From: Actinomycetota bacterium
Lineage (GTDB): Bacteria > Armatimonadota > SYMT01
Reading direction: 5' to 3'
Length of the DNA: 57,595 bases
NCBI GenBank assembly: GCA_005798285.1
Contig: SYKE01000083.1
Location: forward strand, 1 to 57,595
Shown here: positions 27,119 through 34,622 of the stretch, in pieces
Numbering within the stretch: position 1 is the stretch's first letter
Layout of the letters: each line of letters begins with the position of its first letter
Program-made: the position numbers and the translations under genes
The notes under the pieces: generated by a model
Seen by the model: the letters and a program-made list of their open reading frames with translations, nothing else
The model's database searches: none
Told to the model about the DNA's origin: nothing

Positions 27119-28228
27119 GTGAGAACGTCATCCCTCGAACTGGTCCCCCTGGCTGAACTTGTCCTCCTTCGCGAACTGAGCCCCCGTGAGCGACTCTCCG
27201 AGGAAGCAGTCGTCCGATACATGGAGGCATTCGGCGCACTCCCGCCCATCCAGGTTCAAGAAGGCTCCAACGTCGTCATCGACGGCTACCATCGGCTCGA
27301 GGCGGCGACGCGGCTGGGGTTGGAGGCAATCCCGGTGGAATATGTGGCGGTGCCGGATGAGAACCTCCGCATCGAAGCCGGCGTTGCGAACGCCCGTCAT
27401 GGCCACCCCCTGACGCGAGCGGAGCGGAACCGTCTGGCGGTCGCACTGGTGCAATCGCTGGGCAAACTGCGGGAAGAGACGGCAGAGTTGCTGGGAATGA
27501 GCGCGTCTGCGGTCACTCTGGCTCTCCGGGAACACCAGTTCAACGAGATGCTTTCGGAGAAGCTCGGATCCACCGTCCAGGTCATCAACTCCGCCCATGT
27601 CCGCGCACTGTATCGAGTCGGTGCGGACCAACGCGAGCGATTGCTCGAGGTGGTGGTCAGCAAGGTCGACGAAAACGGCGCTCCCTACCCGCTCACCGGC
27701 GCCGAACTCAAAGTACTCGTGGACCGGATGCTGGATCCCGCCACGCCGAAGGCCGAGTTGAATCGGCTGATGAACGACCCCACCGCGCGCCCGAAGGTCG
27801 AGCGGGCTTCCGCTGCGGCCCAGAAGCCCGCCGAAGATCCCTTCCTCGGAGAAGCTCCGCCGGCCACCGGCAGACGACCCTGGGAAGAAGAGTGGGAGAG
27901 CCCGCTGAAGGGTGGGGACGGTGAAGCGTTTGACCGCGTCAACGCCGTCGACGAGGAACTGGGAGGCTCTGGGCCCGGCTCCTCTCCCAGGGAGAGTCGG
28001 ATCCACGGGGGCGGCGAAGCGATGGAGCTGAGCGATGCCGCCGACGGCCCCGCCTGGAATCCGCGGCTACAAACCGTCGGAGCGGGCGCCGACGAGAGTT
28101 CCGAACTTCGGCAGGGGCTGGTGGCTGCCTCGAGGGCGCTCCGAGACCTCGTTCCGCAGGTGGAGCCCGAGCCGGTTCGGCGACAGGTTGAGGCCGTGAT
28201 GGCGTTACTGGAGAGCCTTCTCTCGTAG
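27119..28228 (+). CDS. orphan ParB/Srx N-terminal-domain protein with HTH and disordered acidic/Pro-rich tail
   Basis: The ORF track starts at TTG 27017. The domain begins at LELVPLAELV, so GTG 27119 is preferred. It has PIQVQEGSNVVIDGYHRLEAATRLGLEAIPVEYV, ANARHGHPLTRAERNRLAVALV and the HTH ETAELLGMSASAVTLALRE. No parA is nearby. Confidence 0.55.
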   Translation: MRTSSLELVPLAELVLLRELSPRERLSEEAVVRYMEAFGALPPIQVQEGSNVVIDGYHRLEAATRLGLEAIPVEYVAVPDENLRIEAGVANARHGHPLTRAERNRLAVALVQSLGKLREETAELLGMSASAVTLALREHQFNEMLSEKLGSTVQVINSAHVRALYRVGADQRERLLEVVVSKVDENGAPYPLTGAELKVLVDRMLDPATPKAELNRLMNDPTARPKVERASAAAQKPAEDPFLGEAPPATGRRPWEEEWESPLKGGDGEAFDRVNAVDEELGGSGPGSSPRESRIHGGGEAMELSDAADGPAWNPRLQTVGAGADESSELRQGLVAASRALRDLVPQVEPEPVRRQVEAVMALLESLLS

Positions 28229-28264
28229 GAGGCTCGAACGGGTTGACACTGCTTTACCCACTAT

Positions 28265-28300
28265 GCAACACTTCATCCGGATGAACGGATGAAGTGTTGC
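28265..28300 (+). terminator. perfect 14-bp stem hairpin between the ParB-like gene and metF (terminator or regulatory)
   Basis: GCAACACTTCATCC (28265-28278) and GGATGAAGTGTTGC (28287-28300) are exact reverse complements, with the 8-nt loop GGATGAAC. No U-tract follows. Confidence 0.4.
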
Positions 28301-28323
28301 CGTGGTGCGGCTGGGTGATCAAG

Positions 28324-29193
28324 ATGAGGATTCGCGACTGCTTTGGGGCCGGAAACCCGGTTTACTCGTTCGAGTTCTTCCCTCCCAAAACCGATGAGGG
28401 CGTGAACAACCTGTTCCGCGCCATCTCCGAGCTTGCACCCCTTCAGCCCGCGTTCGTCTCAGTCACGTACGGCGCAGGCGGAAGCACCCGAGATCTCACG
28501 GTGGATCTGACCCGTCGGATCAAGGCGGAGATCGGCCTGGAAGCGATGTCCCACCTCACCTGTGTGGGTCACAGCTCTGCGGAGCTCGCCGACGTCCTGG
28601 ATCAGCTTGTGGATGCGGGGGTCGAAAACGTCCTTGCACTTCGCGGAGACCCGCCGAAGGGCGAGACCCAGTTCGTCCGGCCCACCGATGGTTTTGGGTA
28701 CGCCTATGAACTGGCGAGTTTTGTCCGTTCTCGCTGGGACTTCTGTCTGGCCGGCGCCTGCTACCCGGAAAACCACGTCGAGTGCCCCGACACGGAGCTG
28801 GGTATCGAGCGATTGAAACTGAAAGTCGACGCCGGCGTTGATTTCCTGGTCACCCAGCTCTTCTTCGACAACTCCGCGTACTTCCGCTTCGTAGAGCGAG
28901 CGCGAGCGGCGGGGATCTCCATCCCGATCGTTCCCGGGATCATGCCGATCACCAACGTCGGTCAGATCGAACGATTCACGTCGATGTGCGGCGCCAGCAT
29001 CCCGGAAGCGCTCCGATCAATTCTGGAGCCCATTCGCGACGACGAGTCGGCGGTCGGGAAGGCGGGTGTGGATTGGGCCACCGAACAGTGCCGGGAACTG
29101 CTGGCGGGCGGCGCCCCCGGGGTTCATTTCTACACGCTCAATCGATCAACGGCGACCCGATCCGTGTTCCTCAACCTCAGTCCTCGGGGCTAA
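28324..29193 (+). CDS. metF: methylenetetrahydrofolate reductase
   Basis: The ORF-track start (GTG 28294) lies inside the hairpin. The ATG at 28324 gives MRIRDCFGAGNPVYSFEFFPPKT, then VTYGAGGSTR, LRGDPP, DFLVTQLFFD and PGIMPI. Confidence 0.9.
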   Translation: MRIRDCFGAGNPVYSFEFFPPKTDEGVNNLFRAISELAPLQPAFVSVTYGAGGSTRDLTVDLTRRIKAEIGLEAMSHLTCVGHSSAELADVLDQLVDAGVENVLALRGDPPKGETQFVRPTDGFGYAYELASFVRSRWDFCLAGACYPENHVECPDTELGIERLKLKVDAGVDFLVTQLFFDNSAYFRFVERARAAGISIPIVPGIMPITNVGQIERFTSMCGASIPEALRSILEPIRDDESAVGKAGVDWATEQCRELLAGGAPGVHFYTLNRSTATRSVFLNLSPRG

Positions 29194-29308
29194 TCGGCGA
29201 GGGACACAACCCCACAACGGGTTGCATATAATACGGCTAAGTGGGCTCGTGCACTTTTTCACAAGCCTGGTTGCCCGCCGCAGCGACGCGCAGTTAAGGA
29301 CCGTTTGA
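29194..29308 (+). promoter_or_regulatory. nadA leader: perfect TATAAT plus ACANCCCC-type octamers (candidate NAD+-I riboswitch or plain promoter)
   Basis: ACAACCCC at 29206-29213, TATAAT at 29227-29232, TTTTTC-ACAAGCCT at 29255-29268, and AAGGA 9 nt before the ATG. See the finding for 29194..29308. Confidence 0.3.
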
Positions 29309-30442
29309 ATGTCTGTCATCAGCCTGGGATCCCTGGCCCGAAGAGCCGCCGCAGCCCCTGAACAGGAGCCGCTGCCCGACAGTTACTTCGAGGCGTCTCC
29401 CGCCGAACTCGCCGAGCGCATCGGTCAGGCCAAGGAGACGCTTGGGAGCAAGTTGGTAGTGCTGGGCCATCACTATCAGCGCGACGACATCATCCGCTGG
29501 GCAGACTTCATCGGCGACAGCTTCAAGCTGGCCCGCTATGGAGCGGGGCGGCGAGACGCCGACTTCATCGTCTTCTGCGGAGTCCACTTCATGGCGGAGA
29601 GCGCCGACATTCTGGCTGCAGAACACCAGTCTGTCATCCTTCCGAACCTCACCGCCGGCTGTTCCATGGCGGACATGGCGAACATCCATCAGGTTGAAGA
29701 GGCGTGGGAGCACCTCACGCGGGCCTCCAACCGACGAATCGTACCCGTCACCTACATGAACTCGGCGGCGAACTTGAAGGCCTTCGTGGGAGAGCACGGC
29801 GGCGCCGTGTGCACTTCCTCGAACGCCCGCACCATTCTCGATTGGGCCTTCACCCAGGGCGAGCAGGTTCTGTTCTTCCCAGACCAGCATCTGGGTCGCA
29901 ACACGGGACTGAGGATGGGGATTCCCCTGTCGGAGATGGCCGTTTGGGATCCGTGGGCACTCGGCGGCGGAGAAGATCCCGACAACTACCGGAGATCCCG
30001 CATACTGCTCTGGAAGGGACATTGTTCGGTTCACGCACGGTTCACGGTAGGTCAGATCGAGGAGGCGCGGCGAACCCATCCGGGAGTTCGGATCGTGGTG
30101 CATCCCGAGTGTGAGAATGCCGTGGTGGAAGCCGCCGACGATTACGGCTCCACGGAGAAGATCGTGGCTGTCGTGAACGCGGCGCGGCCGGGAACCACCT
30201 TCGGAATTGGAACCGAAGTGAACCTGGTCAATCGCCTGGCCCACGAGCACCCGGATAAGACGATCTTCTGTCTGGACCCCGTGGTCTGTCCCTGCAGCAC
30301 GATGTACCGCATCCACCCGGCCTATCTGCTCTGGGTGCTGGACAACCTGCTCGATGGTCGGGTGAAGAACCGCATCATCGTTCCGGAGCGCGACAAGCAA
30401 TGGGCACGTGCGGCGCTGGACCGGATGCTGGCGTTGGGTTGA
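29309..30442 (+). CDS. nadA: quinolinate synthase
   Basis: 377 aa. VVLGHHYQRDDIIRWADFIGDSFKLAR, FCGVHFMAESADIL, CSMADM, VTYMNSAA, FFPDQHLGRN, GHCSVH and VHPEC are the NadA Fe-S and substrate motifs. Confidence 0.9.
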   Translation: MSVISLGSLARRAAAAPEQEPLPDSYFEASPAELAERIGQAKETLGSKLVVLGHHYQRDDIIRWADFIGDSFKLARYGAGRRDADFIVFCGVHFMAESADILAAEHQSVILPNLTAGCSMADMANIHQVEEAWEHLTRASNRRIVPVTYMNSAANLKAFVGEHGGAVCTSSNARTILDWAFTQGEQVLFFPDQHLGRNTGLRMGIPLSEMAVWDPWALGGGEDPDNYRRSRILLWKGHCSVHARFTVGQIEEARRTHPGVRIVVHPECENAVVEAADDYGSTEKIVAVVNAARPGTTFGIGTEVNLVNRLAHEHPDKTIFCLDPVVCPCSTMYRIHPAYLLWVLDNLLDGRVKNRIIVPERDKQWARAALDRMLALG

Positions 30443-30447
30443 CGCGG

Positions 30448-30882
30448 GTGACCCACCCGGAGGTCGAGCACTGGCTCGAGCTGTTCAACGCCGGTGAGTA
30501 CTTCGAGGCGCACGAGTCGCTCGAAGGGCTGTGGCTGACGGCGCAGGAGCCGGAGAAGACGTTCCTCAAGGGCCTCATTCATGCCGCGGTGGCGCTGTAC
30601 CAATACCGCCGCGGCAACGCCCACGGCGCCCGCGTCAAGTGCGCATCAATGTTTCGCTACCTTCGCCCGTACGCCCCTACCCACGGCGGGCTGGCGGTCG
30701 GTTCTCTGCTCCTCGACTTTGAGCGGTTTTACCGGGATGCGGGCTGGGTCTCCGACGGCTCGCCCCTCCCACATCCCACTGAGCCCTGGCCGACGGCTCG
30801 CCGCGTCCTATGCGATGAGACCGCTCTCAATGACCTGCCCATCCCACTCGGGTCGCGCAGCCAGGCCGAGGAGATGCGATAG
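30448..30882 (+). CDS. DUF309 domain protein
   Basis: FNAGEYFEAHESLEGLWL...FLKGLIHAAVALYQYRRGNAHGA. The ORF-track start at 30400 would overlap nadA by 43 nt. GTG 30448 (or TTG 30439) is more plausible. Confidence 0.6.
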   Translation: MTHPEVEHWLELFNAGEYFEAHESLEGLWLTAQEPEKTFLKGLIHAAVALYQYRRGNAHGARVKCASMFRYLRPYAPTHGGLAVGSLLLDFERFYRDAGWVSDGSPLPHPTEPWPTARRVLCDETALNDLPIPLGSRSQAEEMR

Positions 30883-31698
30883 GGTCACGCAGGTGTCGTA
30901 AATTCTTACGGACTCCGTGATGCGTACGCCTGGCCGGATGCCGTCCCCCCATAGGATCCAGGGGATCGTGATGTCCTCCGGGCTGTCGGTTCCGTGCGTG
31001 CGTGCGTGGCCGCCGTGGTCGCTAAGCAGCAGCAAAGTCAGTTCATCGAGCCTACCCAGCGCTTCTAGTTCTTCGAGGACCCGAGTCAGGCATGCATCGG
31101 CGCCTCTGACGGCTTCCAGGTAGGGTTCCGACATCCAACCGTACTTGTGGCCGGCCTCATCCACCCAACCGAAGTACAGAAATGTCGCCTGGAGATCCTG
31201 GCGTCTGAAGGAGTCGATCGCCGCATCCGCCACGTGTTGATCCGCGTCGTGCGAGTGGCAGTCCCCCCAGCAGTACGAGACGCTCACGCTTCCGGGATCG
31301 GCCAGGTCCCTGAGCGGTTCCCAGTTGTAGAAGGCGCCGGTGCGCAGCCCGGCCCCGCGCGCCAGGTCCAGAAGGCTGGGCACCGGCCGCACCAGGGGTT
31401 GAAACTGGTTCGACGTGATGCCATGCCGGGCCGTGTCCACGCCCCTCAACATCGAGGTGTGGCACGGAAGAGTGCACGAGGGCATCACCGTCTGTGCTTC
31501 CAGGGTTGCCGATCCCTCTTGGATTAGCCTCGAAAAGAGAGGGGCTCCTGCAGCCTCAATCGCATCGGGTCTCATCCCATCCACCGAGCAAAGAAGTATG
31601 CGCCGGCTCAATTCCTGGTCCTCTCCGCATCTCAAGCGGCCATCGGGCTTGCTCCGGTTATGGTAGCGCAGGATGCAGGCGGTTCGTACCTCGAACAT
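30808..31698 (-). CDS. type I phosphodiesterase / nucleotide pyrophosphatase (NPP, alkaline-phosphatase superfamily)
   Basis: The ORF track extends to 31800 and would overlap the MIOX start. The ATG at complement 31696-31698 gives MFEVRT... Motifs are [26 protein letters not shown] (Thr nucleophile context), VDEAGHKYG and LLLSDHGGH. Confidence 0.7.
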   Translation of the reverse strand: MFEVRTACILRYHNRSKPDGRLRCGEDQELSRRILLCSVDGMRPDAIEAAGAPLFSRLIQEGSATLEAQTVMPSCTLPCHTSMLRGVDTARHGITSNQFQPLVRPVPSLLDLARGAGLRTGAFYNWEPLRDLADPGSVSVSYCWGDCHSHDADQHVADAAIDSFRRQDLQATFLYFGWVDEAGHKYGWMSEPYLEAVRGADACLTRVLEELEALGRLDELTLLLLSDHGGHARTHGTDSPEDITIPWILWGDGIRPGVRITESVRIYDTCVTLSHLLGLAARPEWDGQVIESGLIA

Positions 31699-31763
31699 CC
31701 CGCTGTGGAGCGCGCGGGTCGCCGTCGCTCCCGGACCGGCGCCGCCGGGGAGCGAATCCAGCC

Positions 31764-32633
31764 ATGAAGTTAGCCACCGAAGCCCACAACCTGGACGCAT
31801 GGGAAGAGACGCTCGAACCCCGGTACGGCTCCACTCCGTTCGTAACCACCGATCCGGAGAAGCGCCCCGAGCAGTTTCGAGACTATCGAGCGGAGGCCCG
31901 GCCTTCGGTGAAGGAGTTCTACCGGCTCAACCATCGCCACCAGACACTGGACTTCGTGCTGGAAAAGAAGCGCCAGTATGTCCCGTTGGAAAAGATGCGG
32001 ATGGGTGTTTGGGAGGCGATGGAGTACCTGAACCAGCTCGTGGACGACTCCGATCCCGACACCGACCTGTCGCAGATCGAACACCTGCTGCAGACCGCCG
32101 AGGCGATCCGGAAAGACGACCGTCCTCGGTGGTTCGTCCTGACCGGTCTGTTGCACGACCTCGGTAAGATCCTTTGCCTCTGGGGCGAGCCCCAGTGGGC
32201 CGTGGTGGGAGACACCTTTCCGGTCGGCTGCGCGTTCTCGGAAAAGGTCGTGTTTGCGGAGTTCTTCGCCGACAACCCAGATCGCCTGGATCCCCGCTGT
32301 CAGTCAACCACCGGAATCTACGAAGCCGGCTGTGGGCTGGCGGCAGTCCACCTCTCCTGGGGACACGACGAGTATCTCTACCACGTGATGAGGCCGTACC
32401 TCCCCACCGAGGGGCTCGCGATGATTCGCTACCATTCGTGCTACCCCATCCACCGAGAGCACGCCTACGGGGAACTGCTCTCGGCGGCGGATCACGAGCT
32501 TCTGCGGTGGGTTGTGGACTTCAATCAGTACGATCTCTATTCCAAGTCTCGGGAACGGCCGGATGTGACTGAGCTGAAGCCCTACTATCTCGACCTGATC
32601 TCCGAGTACTTTCCCGCTGAGATCGCCTGGTAA
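31764..32633 (+). CDS. myo-inositol oxygenase (MIOX family)
   Basis: The ORF track begins at 31494 with Arg/Ser-rich junk. The ATG at 31764 gives 289 aa starting [15 protein letters not shown]... Motifs are [41 protein letters not shown] and the MIOX-type C-terminus [19 protein letters not shown]. Confidence 0.8.
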   Translation: MKLATEAHNLDAWEETLEPRYGSTPFVTTDPEKRPEQFRDYRAEARPSVKEFYRLNHRHQTLDFVLEKKRQYVPLEKMRMGVWEAMEYLNQLVDDSDPDTDLSQIEHLLQTAEAIRKDDRPRWFVLTGLLHDLGKILCLWGEPQWAVVGDTFPVGCAFSEKVVFAEFFADNPDRLDPRCQSTTGIYEAGCGLAAVHLSWGHDEYLYHVMRPYLPTEGLAMIRYHSCYPIHREHAYGELLSAADHELLRWVVDFNQYDLYSKSRERPDVTELKPYYLDLISEYFPAEIAW

Positions 32634-32653
32634 CCCGAACGAAAATAAACCCC

Positions 32654-34555
32654 ATGACGACTTCCCCTTTCGGCTCGTGGCTCTCCCCCATCACTGCGGA
32701 CCGCGTCGCGGCGGCATCCGTGAGACTTTCCGATCTCCAGGTCTGCGGTGACACCGCCTACTACATCGAAGGCCGGCCAGCCGAGGGCGGCCGCCAGACG
32801 GTTGTGCGTGCGTGGGCCGACGGCTCGGAGCGGACGGACTGCATACCGGGGCCCTTCAATGTCCGTACGCGGGTTCACGAATACGGCGGCGGATCGAGCC
32901 TGGTACACCGCGACACCGTCTACTTCACCAACTATCGGGATCAGGGCATCTACCGGGGCCACATGCGCGGCGGAGAGCCCACGCTTTTGTTTCAAGAGAA
33001 CGGTCTGCGATACGCCGACTATGCGGCATCGGAGGAGTCCGAGCTGCTATTTGCCGTCGAGGAAGATCACCGCAACGGCGAAACCCGGGTGGAGAACCGC
33101 ATTGTAGCGTTCTCGCTCAACGGTTCGGGCCGGGTCGCGGTGGCAGAGGGATATGACTTTTACTCCAATCCGCGCCCGTCCCCCTGCGGCCGAAAGCTCT
33201 GCTGGCTGCAGTGGAACCATCCGGAGATGCCCTGGGACGGATGTGAGCTGATCGTCGCGGAGATGGACCCTCATGGCGCCATGACGTCGCAGGTGCTGGT
33301 GGCGGGCGGCACGGACGAGTCGATCTTTCAACCGGAGTGGGGGCCCGACGGGCTGTTGTACTTTGTCTCGGACCGGTCCGGCTGGTGGAATCTGTACCGG
33401 TATGACGGCGAACATGTGAGCCCCTTGCTTCCCATGGAGGCCGAGTTTGGGCTCCCGCAGTGGGTGTTTCGGCAGAGCACGTACGCCTTCGCCGCACATG
33501 GTCGGCTGGTGTTCAGCTACCAGCAGGACGGTCGCTCTCACCTCGGAGTGCTCGACTTGAATTCGGGCGCGGCGCGGATGATCGAGAGCGAGTGGAGCCA
33601 ATTGGGCTCGATTTGCGCATCGGGCAACTTCGCCTGGGCCCTGGCAGGGTCCGCCACTCGCCCGAGTTCTCTCGTGCGGTTCGATCTGGACTCGGGCGAT
33701 GCCGTCGTCGTCGCTGCATCCGCCGATCTCTCGGATCTCGGGTCGGAGTACCTCTCCGCTCCGGCGGCGATTCGGTTTGAGACCACGAATGGCCGGATGG
33801 CGCACGCGCTCTACTATGCCCCCCGCAATCCGGACTTCACACCCCGCGCGGGGGAGCTCCCACCGCTGCTGGTAAAGGCGCACGGCGGACCTACAGGCGC
33901 CGCGAACTCCTCACTAAGTCTGGCGATCCAGTACTGGACGAGTCGCGGGGTGGCCGTCGTGGACGTCAATTACGGTGGCTCGACCGGCTACGGGCGCGAG
34001 TACCGGAATCGGCTCCGGGACAACTGGGGGATCGTCGATGTCGATGACTGCGTTCATGCCGCACAGCATCTGGTGAGCCGCGGTCTGGCCGATCCGAAGA
34101 GGCTCGCAATCAGCGGCGGAAGCGCCGGCGGCTTCACCACGCTCAACGCCCTCACCTTTCGAAAGGTCTTTGGAGCCGGAGCGAGTTACTACGGCGTTTC
34201 CGACCTGGCGGGCCTCGCGAACGACACTCACAAGTTTGAGTCGCGGTATCTCGACCGGCTGGTGGGTCCGTACCCGGAGCGCGCGGATCTCTACGACGAG
34301 CGCTCGGCGCTGAAACATGCGGAACTGATCGAGGTTCCCGTAGCCTTCTTCCAGGGCGCCGAGGACGCGGTTGTGATCCCGGAACAGACCGAGTCGATGG
34401 TGAATGCGCTCCGGGCACGTGGCGTCCCGGTGTTCTACCTGCTGTTCGAGGGCGAACAACACGGGTTCCGCAAGGCGGCCAATATCCGGCGGGCCCTCGA
34501 AGCCGAGATGGAGTTCTACTCCACAGTTCTCTTCCACGTCGGACTCCAGGCCTGA
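32654..34555 (+). CDS. S9 family serine peptidase (prolyl-oligopeptidase/acylaminoacyl-peptidase-like)
   Basis: 633 aa. An N-terminal beta-propeller region is followed by a C-terminal alpha/beta hydrolase with nucleophile elbow ISGGSAGGFTT, plus FFQGAEDAVV and GEQHGF (Asp/His context). It starts 20 nt after the MIOX stop. Confidence 0.8.
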   Translation: MTTSPFGSWLSPITADRVAAASVRLSDLQVCGDTAYYIEGRPAEGGRQTVVRAWADGSERTDCIPGPFNVRTRVHEYGGGSSLVHRDTVYFTNYRDQGIYRGHMRGGEPTLLFQENGLRYADYAASEESELLFAVEEDHRNGETRVENRIVAFSLNGSGRVAVAEGYDFYSNPRPSPCGRKLCWLQWNHPEMPWDGCELIVAEMDPHGAMTSQVLVAGGTDESIFQPEWGPDGLLYFVSDRSGWWNLYRYDGEHVSPLLPMEAEFGLPQWVFRQSTYAFAAHGRLVFSYQQDGRSHLGVLDLNSGAARMIESEWSQLGSICASGNFAWALAGSATRPSSLVRFDLDSGDAVVVAASADLSDLGSEYLSAPAAIRFETTNGRMAHALYYAPRNPDFTPRAGELPPLLVKAHGGPTGAANSSLSLAIQYWTSRGVAVVDVNYGGSTGYGREYRNRLRDNWGIVDVDDCVHAAQHLVSRGLADPKRLAISGGSAGGFTTLNALTFRKVFGAGASYYGVSDLAGLANDTHKFESRYLDRLVGPYPERADLYDERSALKHAELIEVPVAFFQGAEDAVVIPEQTESMVNALRARGVPVFYLLFEGEQHGFRKAANIRRALEAEMEFYSTVLFHVGLQA

Positions 34556-34622
34556 GGAGAACTCGTCGCGGCCCAGCTTGCGGGGGGCGGCCTCATCCCC
34601 TGCGATTCCGAAGGAGCCTTCC

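Noticed and set aside
26620-27249. 209-aa minus-strand ORF filling the Crp-ParB spacer
   Set aside because: It is Arg/Ser/Gly-rich with no motifs, and it overlaps the Crp-like gene end and the ParB-like start. It is probably non-coding.
29294-30400. 368-aa minus-strand ORF antisense to nadA
   Set aside because: The nadA frame is unambiguous. The antisense ORF is a GC artefact.
31494-31800. Mutually overlapping N-terminal extensions of MIOX (from 31494) and the NPP gene (to 31800)
   Set aside because: Both extensions are low-complexity Arg/Gly/Ser text. The internal ATGs at 31764 (+) and 31698 (-) give family-typical N-termini and a sensible 65-nt divergent promoter region.
34404-34622. N-terminal 73-aa extension of the PHP hydrolase ORF that overlaps the S9 peptidase end
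   Set aside because: The extension is Ser/Arg/Pro-rich and overlaps a confident gene by about 150 nt. The ATG at 34623 follows GGAGCC and starts protein-like sequence.
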